DNA of 64,000 nucleotides from Mobula hypostoma (Eukaryota): NCBI RefSeq assembly GCF_963921235.1, contig NC_086104.1, positions 4,588,001 to 4,652,000 of the forward strand, read 5' to 3'. Shown piece by piece: positions 36,838 to 50,790 of this stretch (position 1 is its first letter; each line of letters starts with the position of its first letter). The notes under the pieces were generated by a model. It saw only the letters and a program-made list of their open reading frames with translations, ran no database searches and was not told where the DNA came from. The position numbers and the translations under genes were made by a program.

Positions 36838-39800
36838 ACAATGATTTAAGTGCTCATAGGCCAGAGATTCATAGCAGTGTGGAATAACAAGGGGGTTTGG
36901 TGGTCCATGTCCATATATTCATTAAAGTTGCCACGCAAGTTGATAGTGTTGTAAGGAGGCCGTATGTAATGTTTGTCTTCATTAGTCAGAGGATTAAGTT
37001 CTGGAGCCACAAGGTAATTTTGCAGCTCTTTAAAACTCTAGTTTGACCACACTTGGAGTATTGTGCTCGTTCCTGGTCGGCTCACAATAGGAAGCTTTAG
37101 AGCAGGTGCAGAGGTAATTTACCAAGACGCTGACTGGATGAGAGAGCTGAACTTATTGGATAAGTTAACTGAGCTAGGTCTTTTCTCTCTGGAATAAATG
37201 AGGACAAGAGGATCAGTTGTATAGCCAGAGGCTTTTCCCCAGGGTGGAAATCACTAATACAAGGAGTCAACTTTTTATGTGATTGGAGAAAGTTGAGAGG
37301 GGATAGTTATAGAGATATAACCACATCTGTATAATACAGATGTATATAAGTAGAAAGCTTGCTTGCTCTATCGATCGATAGATGGATTGTACAATTCTCT
37401 ATATACTTTATTTGGCCATATATCATTTTAAAAATGTGTCTTTTTTTTGCACATTGACCGATTGTCAGTCTTCATTTGTGTATAGTTGATCATAAATTTT
37501 CTCTATCTATGTATTTTCCCATAAATTCCTGCAAGGAAATGTATCTCAAGGTAGTATGGAGTGACGTAGGTACTTTAGCAATGGATTTGCTTTACATACT
37601 TAATGTTTTTCTTTGACTTTGGGTGTAGGGATGTGAGTGGGGTGATAGTTCAGGAGTGGGAACCAAAGGACACAAAGACTGAAGGGGGCTGATGAAAAAT
37701 TCAGGAGAGATTTGGGGGTTGTAGAGCTGAAAATAATTTCACACTGTGGTGGTTCTGATATTGAATATTGTTTCTGAAAGGTTGTTGGAGGCAGGAAGCC
37801 TCATCATCGGGAATTACTTCAAATAACACAGGATGCAGTGAGAAGATAAGAGGGGAAGAGATACATGAGGCAAGAGTTTTACGCACGGATCGATGGCAGC
37901 TTGCAATGAGTTGCAAAGGGAAGCGCTACAGGCAGATGCAATCATGATCAAGGTGTGTAGACAGTCATATGATCAGGCAGAGAATGGAGAGATATGGACT
38001 ATGAACAGGTAGATTAAATTGGAATCATGGTCAGCATAGCTATTGTGGACAGAAGGGCCTGTTTCTTTCTTATTGCCCTGTGTTCTGTGGATTTAGCTGT
38101 TAATAAGCCGTGACCAGCAGGGCTTCAAGTGCCCTGCTGGGGTGGTGATGGAGGCAGATACATTACGGATACATAAGGAAGTCTAAGATAGCCCAAGGAT
38201 GATCGAAAAATTGGAGGTCTCTGTGGGAGGGAAATGTTAGATTGATTTTTGAGTAGTTTAAAGGGGCAACTCAACATTTTGGACCGAAGGGCCTGACCTG
38301 TGTTGTACTGTGCTATGTTCCATGTTCTGTAAACTTTAGCTCTTCCCAATGGCTGCAGGTCTCTCTCCTGTTGTGATCTTATTCCCCGTCTCCAGAAATA
38401 TCTTAAATAAAAGAGATTCTGTAGATGCTGGAAATTCAGAGTGACACACACAAAATGCTGCAGGAACTCAACAGGTCCGGCAGCATGTATGACGGGGAAT
38501 AAGCAGTCCTTTTTTTTGGTGCTGAGACCCTTCAGCAGTCCTGATGAAGAGGGTGGGCCTGAAACGTCGAAAGTTTCTTTCCCTCCAAACACGTTGCCTG
38601 ACCTGCTAAGCTCCTGCAGCATTTTGTGTGTGTTACTCCAGTGATATGTTGATCTGCTTTCATGGCAATGTTACACAGCACAGAATCTGGTCACCTAGCA
38701 CACTCTGCCCTTTCCACAATATCCCGCTGCGTTCTCTGCCCTCTCTGTTTTGGACGGCGTGTCCCATCTCCAAGAGTGGCCATTTGCTGACTGCTTCATG
38801 CCTGCGGCACAGAATATGTCTGTACGAAGATCAGCTTTAACTGAAACTCGGAGATGAGACGAGGTTTGTTATTTCCAGACAAAAGAAAATGAATGCTTAT
38901 TGAAGTGTCCCGGAGACAGGAAAATCTCCCTCACTAGCATTCCTCGACCTACATAAAGTCTCATTCAGTGGGACTGGGACTCATTACAACTTAGAGGACA
39001 GTCGCACAAAGGCAGCATTATGTGGTTCACGAGAGCTGCAAACAGAATGAATGTCTCTCACAAAAGACAAAGTGTGGGCGCAGAATGGATCACGCATTCC
39101 CTGCTCAGAGAAGATCAGTCAATACTGAGAACAGCAGGGAATGACAGAGAGACAGAAATAGGCCCTTTAAACCACAAAGTCCACGTTAGTACTGCTCTCT
39201 GCTTTGGGAATTCGATAAAGGAGAGGTTCGACACAATGGGGTTGTTGGTTAAATAGTTATAGTCACAGATCCCCACAGCAGAGAAATAGGCCCTTCAGCC
39301 CATCTAGTCTGTGCCGAGCCGTTCCTCTGCTTAGTCCCAAAACCCGTACATGGACCATAACCCTCCCATGCATGTATTCATGTAAATTTCAATCAAATCT
39401 GGATCCACCAGCTTTACACTTTCCAAGTTCCTCCCACCACTCTTCCATTTCCCTCCCACCCTCCAATTCCCCTTTACACTCCACCATTCTATCCAACTCT
39501 CTGAGTCCTCCCACACTCCGGGTCTCTGCCACTTCCTCATTGACCCCCGACCTCCAATTCCCCACACACTCCTTCATTCTCCCTTCACCCAAACCATAAG
39601 GGGTGAGCAGAGAAACGGACCCTTCAGCCCATCGAATCTGCTCTGCCATTCCTCCTTGGCTGATCTATTAGCTCTCTCAACTTCAATCTCCTATCTTCTC
39701 CTCTTAACCTTTGACCCACTGGCCAATCAAAAACCTTTCAACTTCTGCTTTAAATGTACCCAATGATTTGGTCTCCACTGCCAGCTGTTGCAATGAATTT

Positions 39801-40539
39801 CAATTACAACAAAAAATATCCTCCTCATCTCTGCTGTAAAGGGACTTCCTTGCAGTTTGAGGCTGTGTCTTCTGGTCTCATGCTCCCTGACTATAGGAAA
39901 CATCTTCTCCATATCCAGTCTATCTAGGCCTTTCAATATTTGATAGGTTTCAAAGAGATCCCTTCCTCATTTTTCTAAATTCCAGTGTGTACAGGCCCAG
40001 AGCCATCAAACACTCCTCATTCGTTAACCCTTTCATCCCTGGTATCATTCTCATGGACCTCCTCCGGACCCTCTCTAAGGCCAATGCATCCTTTTGTAGA
40101 TGAGGAGCTCAGAGTTGCTCACGATACTCCAAATGGGATCTGACCAAAGTCTCAGCACCAACACCAACACCCCCCCAATATTCCACCCCTCACTCAGATA
40201 CCAGGGAGAAATTTACAGTGGCTATTTAACCCATAACCTGTGCATCTTTGGGATTTTGAAGGGAACTGCAACACCGGAGAGTATCCCATACAGACACAGG
40301 GAAATCTCGTAAACTCTACACCGACAACACCAGAGGTCAGGATTAAACCAGGATCCCTGAAGTTGGGGGCCAGCAACTCCACCCATTGTGCAATTTTCCA
40401 TCCATCAGACTGACAGCATAAATTCTGATGCAGGACATTCGGCCCAGGAAATCTATGCAGCCTCAGCACAACTCCGTCAGTCCATCATTCCACTTACAGT
40501 ATATCCCCATAAGCTATTCTTTCTCACATGCACATCAGT

Positions 40540-41430
40540 TCCGTACCCCCAACCCATCCATTCTCCCCCACCTTCTATCTCCCCACACTCCCCCATTTTC
40601 CCCCACAATGAGCCTCCCCCCATTCACCCCAACTCCCTCATTCTCCCCCCTCCATCTCACAACACCCCTATTTATCCCCCACAATCTGAGCCTTCCCTAC
40701 TCTCCCCATTTTCCCCCAACCTCTGTCCTCCCACACTACCCCTTTCTCTCCCCACACTTCCCAACCTCCTTTCCCCAACAATCAGAGTCTCCCACTACTC
40801 TCTCCATTCTCCTACCACCGAGTCCTTCCACAGCCCCTCATTCTCCTCCCACCCTCCAATCCCCCACATGGCCCCTTTCCACACCGACTCACCCCACACT
40901 CCCCCGTTCTCACTCAGTACTCCTTTCCTCATCCTTTCCCTCAGTACTGCCCTTTTCTCTCACCAGTGACTCTCCCTACACTCTCCAATTCATCCCCACC
41001 CTCCAAGTAGTCCATGCAATTTCCCTTTCTTCCCTATCATCTACTACCCCACTGCCCTTTCTCTCTTCATTATCTCTCCCTACATTCTATCATTCTCTCC
41101 AAAATCCAAGAACACCCTGCACTCTCCCACTTGCCCCCTTCCACCCTCCAACTCTCCTCTCACTCCCACATTCTACCCCAACCCTGCGAATCCCCAAACA
41201 CATTCCCCAAAATAATCTCCCTACCACAACCTGTGTCCCTGACCCATAATTCCCCCATTCTTTATCACCATGACTCCCCTGCACACTCACTCATTCCTCC
41301 CCATCCTCTGAGCTTCCACCTCCCCACCCATTTGCCATGTTCCGCGCTCTTCCCTCCACTCCTCCATTCCCTTCCCATTTCATTGTGACCGATCTTTTTA
41401 TCCCCCTCAACCCCATTCTCTTGCCTTCTC
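40540..41430 (+). repeat. C/T-rich low-complexity tract (a smaller one at about 39400-39600)
   Basis: Almost G-free on the + strand. The P/S/L/H-rich ORFs here are compositional artefacts. Confidence 0.9.
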
Positions 41431-44400
41431 TCCATAACCTTTGATGCCCTTACTGATCAAGATCATATCAAGCTCCTCTTTAAATATACCCAAAAATTCA
41501 CCCAATTCGATCCCAGGGAGTGTCTATGTGGCAAGGCATCTGTCCATGCTCCCCATGACCGGGTGCTCTGGTTGCCTACCACATTCTAAAGGCAGTGAGG
41601 TCAGGGTCAGGAAACAGTGGGCATGCTATGTTTGTGCCAGAAGCATGGCAATCATTGTGGGCTACCCCCAGCATATACTCACTGATTTGATTTGAGACGA
41701 ACAACGCATTTTACCGGAAGTTTCAATGTACAAATGACAAATAAGTACTATTAATCTAAAGCTAATGTAAACAAATCTCACACCATTCCTATTTTTATAT
41801 TCTTCTCTCCCACTCCCTCACCCTCACATGAGCCGCTCCTCCCTCTCTCCCAAATAAAACAAGGAGGCCATTCAGCCCCTCCAACCTGGCTCTACCTTTC
41901 AACAGGACCCTGTGACATTTTAACTCAGTACCAATGCCATATTCCTAAAATATCTCTGCCTACCTTTGATGTACTCAGTATCTGAGCTTCCACCATATTC
42001 TGTGGTCAGGAATTCTAATGGTTTACCATCCTCTAGTGGAAATTCCTCTGAAATCCACCATGAATGGATGACTCCATATTCAGAGATAATGAATCCTGGT
42101 TCTAGTGTGACAAATCTGGAATAACATCTATCTTGGAAGTCCCGTACAAATTTGGAGGCAAAAGAGATAACAGATACTGAAATCTGGAGCAACAAAGATG
42201 TTGAGAAATGCAGTGGGTCAGGCAGCATCTAGGAAGGGAAATGATGAGCTGACATTTTGTGTCTGAGCCTGAAACGTCCGCTGTCCTTCAGTCCGGCTGC
42301 ATCTTCCTTTGAACAGAGAACATTACAACATAGTACCGGCCCTTCAACCCACGATGTTGTGTCATTCTGTTCACCTACTCCAAGATTAACTTAACCCTTC
42401 CCTCCTCCATAGCCCATCTTATTTCTCAGTATGAAAATGTTTTTATTTTGATGTATTCATCTCTCATACTCATAAACTCTCTGGAACACAGTCCCAATCT
42501 ATATATTCTCTCCTGATATGCTAATAACTCCTACCCTTGTCGTGTAGCCGACCTTCTCTCCCAATACCATCCCAGAAATCCTTCTGATGAGCTGCTAAGG
42601 TAAGTGTATCATAGGACATAGAGCCTGCAATGTTGTGCTGACTCTTTAACTTACTGAAAGATCAATATGCCCACACAGTCCTCCATTATTCATTCATTTG
42701 TATGCCTACCAGAGAATCTCTTAAATGTCTGATGTATCTGCTTCTACCATGACCTCCATCAGCGCATTCCACATAAAAACCTTACCTCGGAAATCTCCCC
42801 TCTTCCATCAGCTTAATATTATCCCCCCTTGTATTAGTCAGATCCGTCTGGGGAAAAAAGTCCATGATCTATCTTTCTTACAATCTTTTATAACTCTATC
42901 GTCACCCCTCATCCTTTTTCACTGGAGAGAGAAAAGTCCAAGCTCACATAATCTATCCTCATAAGACATGTTCTCGATTCCAGGTAGCATCCTGGTAAAT
43001 ATCCTCTGCATCATCTCAAAAGCATTCCACATTCTTCCTAATGAGATGATCAGAAACGAATGAAATTTATTTCATTATTGATCTATAGGTTCATTTTTAT
43101 AGGCATGATGGGTTTTTTTCTCGGCATAATGAGTGTTCAAAGGTCTTTTTTTATGGGTTCTTTCTGGGTTTTTTTTTGTTTCGTGGCCGCCTGTTAGGAA
43201 ATTAATCTCAAGATTTTATAATGTATACGTACTTTGATAATAAATGCACTTTGAACTTTGAACAATATTACAAGTGTGGTATGACCATATACAATGCACC
43301 TTCCCCTTTATATTAGCCATATCTGCTCTGGGGAAAAGGTCCCTGGCTCTCCAGTTGCCTCTTATCATCTTCTACCCTCCCATGGATCAGGAGACTTTAC
43401 CACCACAGTGTACGGTGACTCATTGTTTCCCCACCATGGAAATCTGACCTTTTAATTCTTGAACTCAAGCCTTCTTTCCCTTTCTGATGTCAGACATCAT
43501 CCTATTTTCTCTCTGATACCCCATCCTCTGAAGAGGGGCAGTGAGGGCAGTGATTGTTGTGATTATTGAAGATATTAGTAGGGTGTGGATTGGGTGTCAG
43601 GCACTGCCTTTCACTCTTTCAGAAATCCCATCCTGTGAATGGGTGGGGTGCAGCACAGCGATCAATGTGGTTCTCTGAAATGTGACTAGGGTTTGGGACA
43701 AAATATTCTCAGAACTAATGAAATTGGAACAATTGTTTCCCAGGCACGGATAATCTTTCCCCGGAAAACTCAGACTCTATGTTCCACATATTGGCAGCAC
43801 TTCCAGAAACCTTTGAATGCATGGCTGGCCTCCTAAAAATAACAAGACCTAACCAGGGACGGCCTTTTTATACTTCCTCACTTCATCTTTACCTTTGTCT
43901 GTCTGCCTCTCACTGCCGGCTCCCACTCGTCCCCAACACCAGGGTACCAAAGATCAGCTCTTGTCCTGAGCTCTAATCCTCAGCTCTGCGTTGTGGTCAG
44001 TGAGGAGGGTGACGTGCGCTGTGGTTTCCTGGGAAAGCATATTTTGAAGTGATAACTGAGAACTAGAATGCTATTTAGCAGATTTTGCAGCTCTGGTGGC
44101 TAAAATGACGTTTACCGTTAAATGTGCACGTACACATGTGCACAAGTGCGATAAGAAAACTTACTTGCACCATCGCAGACACATAGCCTCAGATAAGCCC
44201 CATTCAAAAACAGAAATTAAACATTTTTACAAAAGCACCGTTAGATCACAATGACCACAATAGTGCAAAGTGATCAACGTGGACAAAGATTTCCTAAACT
44301 ACAGTGATTAGAGTTTTGAAGTTTGATTCAAGAACTGAAAGGTAGATGGGAAGTACCAGCTCATGAACCTGGTAGTGTGTGGCATCAGGCTTCTGTACGT

Positions 44401-44579
44401 CCCACCCAGTGGTAGCTGTGAAAAGATGGCATAACCTAAGTGGTGGGGATCTTTGATGATGGGTGTCCATATCCTGAGATTCCTCAAAATTTTCACGCAA
44501 GTTCATAGGGTGGTTAAGAAGGCATATGGTGTAAAAAAGAAGGCATCCGTTAGTCTTGCGAGACCATAGATCTGCACCT

Positions 44580-44850
44580 GGAAAGTCTTCACTCTCCAGG
44601 GTGCAGGCCTGGGCAAGGTTGTATGGAAGACCAGCAGTAGCCCATGCTGCAAGTCTCCCCTCTCCACGACACCAATGTTGTCCAAGGGAAGGGCATTAGG
44701 ACCCATACAGCTTGGCACCAGTGCCGTCGCACAGCAATGTGTGATTAAGTGCCTTGCTCAAGGACACAACACGTTCCCTCGGCTGGGGCTCAAACTCACG
44801 ACCTTCAGGTTGCTAGTCCAATGCCTTAAGCACTTGGCCACGTGCCCACA
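44580..44850 (-). mobile_element. tRNA-derived SINE (V-SINE/Mermaid-like core)
   Basis: - strand GGGCACGTGGCCAAGTGCTTAAGGC...GGTCGTGAGTTTGAGCCCC (A/B boxes), then GTGTCCTTGAGCAAGGCACTTAA. Confidence 0.7.
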
Positions 44851-45798
44851 CGTATGGTGTATTCACCTTCTTAAGTCAGGGAATTGGGTTCAAGAACTGT
44901 GAAGTAATGTTGGAGTTCTATAAAACTATGGTTACAAAACAATTAGAGTATCGTATTCAGTTCTGGTCACCCCATTATAGGAGCATTGTCAAAACTTTAG
45001 AGAAGGTGCTGAAGAGATTTACCAGGATGATGGCATGAACATCAATTTCTCAAACTTCCAGTGATGCCCCCTCAACCATTTTTCATCCCCTTTTCCCTCT
45101 GTCCCCTTATCTTCTCCCCCCCGCAAAATTTTCTTTCTTCCATGGCCTTCTGTCTCTTTCACCAATCAATTTCTTAGCTCTTTGCTCCATCCCTCTCCCC
45201 GCCATCCCCAAGTTTCACCCACACCCTCCCCCGCCTTACAAACCTACCCCTCAGCTTTTTTTCCTCCAGTCCTGCCGAAGGGTTTCGGCCCGAAATGTCG
45301 ATTGTGCTTTTTTTCCATAGATGCAGCCTGGCCTGCTAAGTTCCTCCAGCACTTTGTGTGTGTTTCTCAGATTTCCAGCATCTGCAGATTTTCTCTTGCT
45401 TGTGATTTGTTTACCAGGATGCTGTCTGGATTAGAGAGCATGCCTTATAAAAATAGGCTGAGCAAGATGGAGCTTTACTCTTTGGGGTGAAAGAGGATGA
45501 AAGGCAACTTGATAGTGGTGTACAAGACGATGAGGCATAGATCGAGTGGCTAGACAAAGACCTTTTCCCAGGGCGGAAGTAGCTAATATCAGAAAGCATA
45601 ATTTTAAGCTGACCAGAAGAAAATATAGGGAAATGTCAGAGCTAAGTTTTTTTTTCACAGATATATGCCTGCCTGAACACACTGCTGGGGCTGCTGGTGG
45701 AGGCAGACACATTTGGGACATTTAAGCTGTAGTGTTCTAGGTTCTATTTTTGGTGCTGAGTTCTTGCTGAGTGGTGTTAATTGCTTCTCGTGTTCTAG

Positions 45799-46291
45799 GC
45801 TGAACCTAAAGGCTCAATAGAGGATTACAGGAGGAACTTTGAAGAGGCCACTCTGCACCAGTTCCTCAGAGGCATCTCCTCCCTGTTATCTGTGCTGGAG
45901 CTCGCGGTCAGCGCGCCGTCTGAGGAACTCGACAGCTCATTGTGCGAGGAGATCGAGGATAAGGCCAAGGAGGCACAGAGGGAGATCCTGGCTGCAGAGG
46001 AGGCTGCCAGCAACATTGTCACTCTCATTGATACAGGCTGCGAGAAGCTGACGTCTCAGCAAGGCAAGCTGAGCAGGAGGCAAGAAGAGCTCCAGGCAGG
46101 CTTGGAGGCCACACAGGAGCAACTGGCTGGCTTGGCCGATCAGCGGAAGCGGCTCAAAGGGCAGGTCCACAGTGCCAACATGTCGCTCAGGCAGGCAAAG
46201 CAGACCCTGGCACTGGCCAGGGCCAAACTGGGTGAGAAGCGGACTGGGAGAGACATCGGTATTGGGCTGACATTTGTTATCCCATGTATTG
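45799..46291 (+). CDS. Internal coding exon (phase 0-1) of an uncharacterised coiled-coil / hydrophobic-hairpin protein
   Basis: Acceptor TTGCTTCTCGTGTTCTAG|GCT, donor ATT G|GTAAGT at 46292. 164 open codons AEPKGSIEDYRRNFEE...EKRTGRDIGIGLTFVIPCI, GC-rich coding-like composition. Confidence 0.9.
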
Positions 46292-48770
46292 GTAAGTGGG
46301 AGCACTTGGCAATGCAAATGTTCATATTTCCAAAAGGGGTAAGCTGTTAAGAATCTTTGTAACACACACAAAATTCAGGAGGAACTCAGCAGGTCAACAT
46401 CCATGGAGAGAAATAAACAGTCGATGTTTCAAGCCTAGACCCTTCATCAGGACTCTATGTTCATATTGAGTAACAAATTACAGAAAGCAGCATTTAATTA
46501 AGTTGCACTGGATTGATAAAACCAAATCTAGATTACTGGGTGCAGCTTTTGTGTTCTTCTTTCATGGAGGACATAATTGCAGAGAGGAAAGGAAGGGGCT
46601 CCTCCTCCTTCCCTTACATCCATGGTGCACTCTCCTTCCCCATCAGACCCTCTCTCCTTCAGCCCTTTACCTCATCCACCTATCACTCTCCAGGTTCTCA
46701 CCACCCCCTGCCCCCCGCCACACATCTCCCTGGTCTCACCCATCCCACCTTTTTATTCTGGCTTCTATTCCTTTCCGGTCCCAATGAAGAGTCTCAACAA
46801 GAAATATCCAATGTTCATTCCCTTCCGTAGTTGCTGCGTGGCCTGCTGACTCCTCCAGCATTTTGTTTGTGTTGCTCCACTGTTAAGAGTCTTTGTAGCA
46901 CTCAGAGCTCTCCTGGTCCCCACTGAGCCCATTCTCCTCACATTCACCAAAACTCCCTGCAGATTGTAGCCTTCACCTTCACACTAGAGGCAAAGAACAA
47001 TGAACAATTAACCCTTGGACTTTCATGACTTTGGTCAAATGAGGAATTAGAAGACCCTGGAGGAAACCTATTGGTCACATAGAGAATGTGTAAACTCCTC
47101 CCTGGCAGTGCCCAAGGAGAAGATTGAAGCAGATGTACCAGCTACACAAACATGCACCCCAAACCCTTGTGTGGTGAACAGTCACTATTCAGGCAGAGTG
47201 ATTTAGATTCAGATTCAGATTCAAATTCAAACTGAGATTCAGTTTATTTATCACATATACACGGAACCATACTACTGCATGCAATTGCACACCGTCCGTA
47301 CCTGCAGTCTCAATGCAACACATTGGAACATAGACACAGAACAGTATAGCACAGGGACAGATCCTTCGGCCCATCTTGTCTTCACTGACTATGATACCAA
47401 ATTACATTAATCTTATTTGCTTGCGCATGATGCATACCCCTCCAATACCTGCATATTCCTGTAGTGTCGAACATGAATTCCACTATGTTATCTGCTCCAT
47501 TTTCACCCCGCCAACATTCTGCAGGCACCTACCTATCTGTGTAAAAATAGGACGCACACATCTCCTTTAAACTTCCCCGCTCTCATTTAAAAGATATGCT
47601 CACTGAGGTTAGGTGAGATCAGAACTACAGGCTATGGGTGAAGGGTGAAAGGTAAAATGTTTAAGGAGAATATGAGGGAGACCCTTTTCACTCAGAGTGC
47701 AGAATGAGACGTCAGTGGAAGTGATGGAAGCAGGTTCGATCTCAGAATTTTAGGTACATTTGGTTAATACATTATTGTGAGGTGCATAATGGGCTTTGGA
47801 CCAGGTGCAGGGATTAGGCAGAATAACAGTTCAGCACAGATTAGATGGGCCGAAGGGTCTATTTCTGTGCTGCAATTCTCTATGGCTCTGTGGTTCTACT
47901 GGAATTTCTCATCCCTCTTGTATAGGTCACTCCTTCCAGAAAAGGGTCCAATGGTCCAAGAACTTGAAATAGGTGCAATGATGCTTCCTTGAATCGACCT
48001 TCCCGGCACAAAGCATCACATTTGCAAGAAAAATAACAATTATTTGCAATGTTTCTAGAAAAAAATTTACTCGGCACAACTCGTCATATCCCTCTGAACT
48101 TTTCCTTCAAGGGCATTTGTCCAAGTGTTTTTTCTATGGAGAGAGAAAGGTACTTTGTACTTCTTCGCTTCCCTCCACCTTTTTATTCTGGCTTCTTACG
48201 CTTTCCTTACCAGTCCTGATGGATGGTCTCATCCTGAAATGTCGACAAACCTGAATCTCATTCAGAAGCTGTATCTGAATAACACACACAAAACGCTGGA
48301 GGAGCTCAACAGGTCAGACAGCTTCAATGGACAGGAATGAATAGAGACGCAGGTTCGTTTATCACACGTACATCGAAACGTGCAGTGAAATGCATCACTG
48401 GTGTTAATGAACAACACACCCAAGGATGTTCTGGGGTAGCCCGCAAGTGTGGGCACAAATTCCACCGCAGATATATCATGCTCGCCCATGCCCGGCAGCA
48501 CAACACATAACACAACAAACGCCCCAGATATGCAATCCTCCAACCGCTTGACAGGCTGTGGTAGGTCTCGGGCTGTCTCAGACTCACAGACATCGGGCCT
48601 TTGACTTTCCCGGTGGACTCATTAATCACAGCACGCTGGGATAGAGAGCTGAAGGATCAAGTTGCTTATAAGTCAGACGTGGACTAGGAGGTGGTGAGGG
48701 CAAGGGGAGACAAGTGGGTTCAGCAGCAGTAAAGGAACAACCTCCAACGCTGTAGTGTGTCTTCTTGCAG

Positions 48771-49276
48771 GGATCCCAATGGCGGTGTCCTTTGAGAAGG
48801 AGCGGGTGTTCAGGAAGTCGGAAGTGGAGGCGGCCTCGAAGGAGCTTGCGCAGGTGGTGGCGGGCATCAAGAAGGACGAGGAGGAGCTGGCTCGGATCGA
48901 GGAGCGGGTACCGGAACTGGAGAAGGAGGCAGAGAAGGCGGCTGAGGCACTGAGCAAGGTGAAGGGAGAGTTGCTAGAGCTCAAGCAGATGCGCATTTCG
49001 CTGGCTGAGGCACAGTGCCAACTCAAGAGCTGCACCCAGTACCTGTCCACCCTCCACGGACACGTGAAGGCGCTGGAAACCCAGAGCCAGCACCTGTATA
49101 GCCTAGGCCCGGTCATACCCCTGGTCGTCATGGCTTGCGAACAAGTCCAGGAGAGGGTGCCAGGCAACGAGTTCCTGCTGATGGCACCGCAAGCCCGTTC
49201 AGTCCTCCACACTCTGGGGAGCACGTTACCCAGACTGAAGGAAAGGAACAAGGCACAAACCGAGGGCCACTTCTGA
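48771..49276 (+). CDS. Last coding exon of the same coiled-coil protein
   Basis: Acceptor GTGTGTCTTCTTGCAG|GG joins in phase (G+GG=Gly) to give IPCIGIPMAVSFEKE.... 167 codons to TGA at 49274-49276. Confidence 0.9.
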
Positions 49277-49664
49277 GACAACGCGCCCAGCAGTAACTAC
49301 CAAGTGCAAACTTCTCACCCCTGCCCACCCAGATGCCGCCTAGCCCTCTGAGTGGAACACACAGTCCACAGAACATAGAACAGTACAGCACACTATGTTT
49401 TTTAGCCCAGAAGGGCGTGCTGACCTTTTAATCTACTCTGAGATCAATCTAATACTTCACTCCTACAGACTCCTCCATTTTGCTAACGTCAATGTCCCTA
49501 TTTCACAAAATCTAAAATTACCCTCATATATCTGCCTCAACCACCACCCAGGCAGTGTTCCCGGTACCTACCACTCTGTGTGTAAAGTACCTACCTCTGA
49601 CATCACCCTCTCCCCACCCCACGCTTTCATTCTATCACCTTAAAATTGTGCCTTCTCGTATTAG

Positions 49665-50790
49665 TCATAGAAACATACAAAACCTACAGAAAAATACAGG
49701 CCCTTCGGCCCACAATGCTGTGCCAAACATGTACTTACATTAGAAATTACCTAGAGTACTCTATTTTTCTAAGCTCCATGTACCTATCCAGTAGTCTTTT
49801 AAAAGACCCTATCATATCTTCCTCCACCAGCGTCACTGGAAGCCCATTCCACGCACTCACCACTCTCTGCGTAAAAACTTACCCCTGACATCTCCTCTGT
49901 ACCTCCTTCCAAGCACCTTAAAAATGTGCCCTCTCGTGCTAGCTATTTCAGCCCTGGGAAAAAGCCTCTGACTATCCACATGAACAATGCCTCTCGTCAT
50001 CTTTTTCACCTCTATCAGGTCACCTCTCATCCTCTGCCGCTCCAAGGAGAAACGGCCGAGTTCAGTCAACCTATTCTCATAAGGCATGTTCCCCAATCCA
50101 GGAAACATCCTTGCAAATCTCCTCTGCAGCCTTTCTGTTTCCATATCCTTCTTGTATTGAGGTGACCAGAACTGATCACAGTACTCCAAGTGGGGTCTGA
50201 CCAGGGCCCTATATAGGTGTAACATTACCTCTCGGCTCTTAAACTCAATCTCACGGTAGATGAAGACCTACCAAAATGAATCACCTCACACTTATCTGTG
50301 TTGAACTCCATCTGCCACTTCTCAGCCCAGTTTTGCATCCTATGGATGTCCCACTGTAACCTCTGACAGCCCTCCACACTATCCACAACACCCCCAACCT
50401 TTGTGTCATCAGCAAATTTACTAATCCATTCCTCCACTTCCTCATCCAGGTCATTTATAAAAATCACGAAGCGAGGGGGGTCCCAGAACAGATCCCTCAG
50501 GTACACCACTGGTCACTGACCTCCATGCAAAATATGACCCATCTACAACTACTCTTTGCCTTCTGTGGGCAAGCCATTTCTGGATCCACAAAGCAATATC
50601 CCTCCAATCCCATGCGTCCTTACTTTCTCAATAAGCCTTGCATGGGGTACCTTATCAAATGCCTTGCTGAAATCTATGTACACTACATCTATTGCTCTAC
50701 CCTCATCAAAGTGTTTAGTCATATCCTCAAAAAATGTAAGCAGGCTCGTAAGCACGACTTGCCTTTGACAAAGCACACTGACTATTCCTA
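49665..50790 (-). mobile_element. CR1 LINE 3' ~1.1 kb, frameshifted RT
   Basis: ORFs 50549-50776 (YIDFSKAFDKVPH), 50225-50509 (SKFADDTKVGG) and 49857-50225 (LYRALVRPHLEYC). Confidence 0.9.

Noticed and set aside
40388-41388. Long Pro/Ser/Leu/His-rich ORFs (up to 273 aa)
   Set aside because: Artefact of a G-poor low-complexity tract in which stop codons are rare.
45937-49281. - strand ORFs 45937-46371 and 48673-49281
   Set aside because: Antisense shadows of the GC-rich coiled-coil exons, with no splice or domain support.
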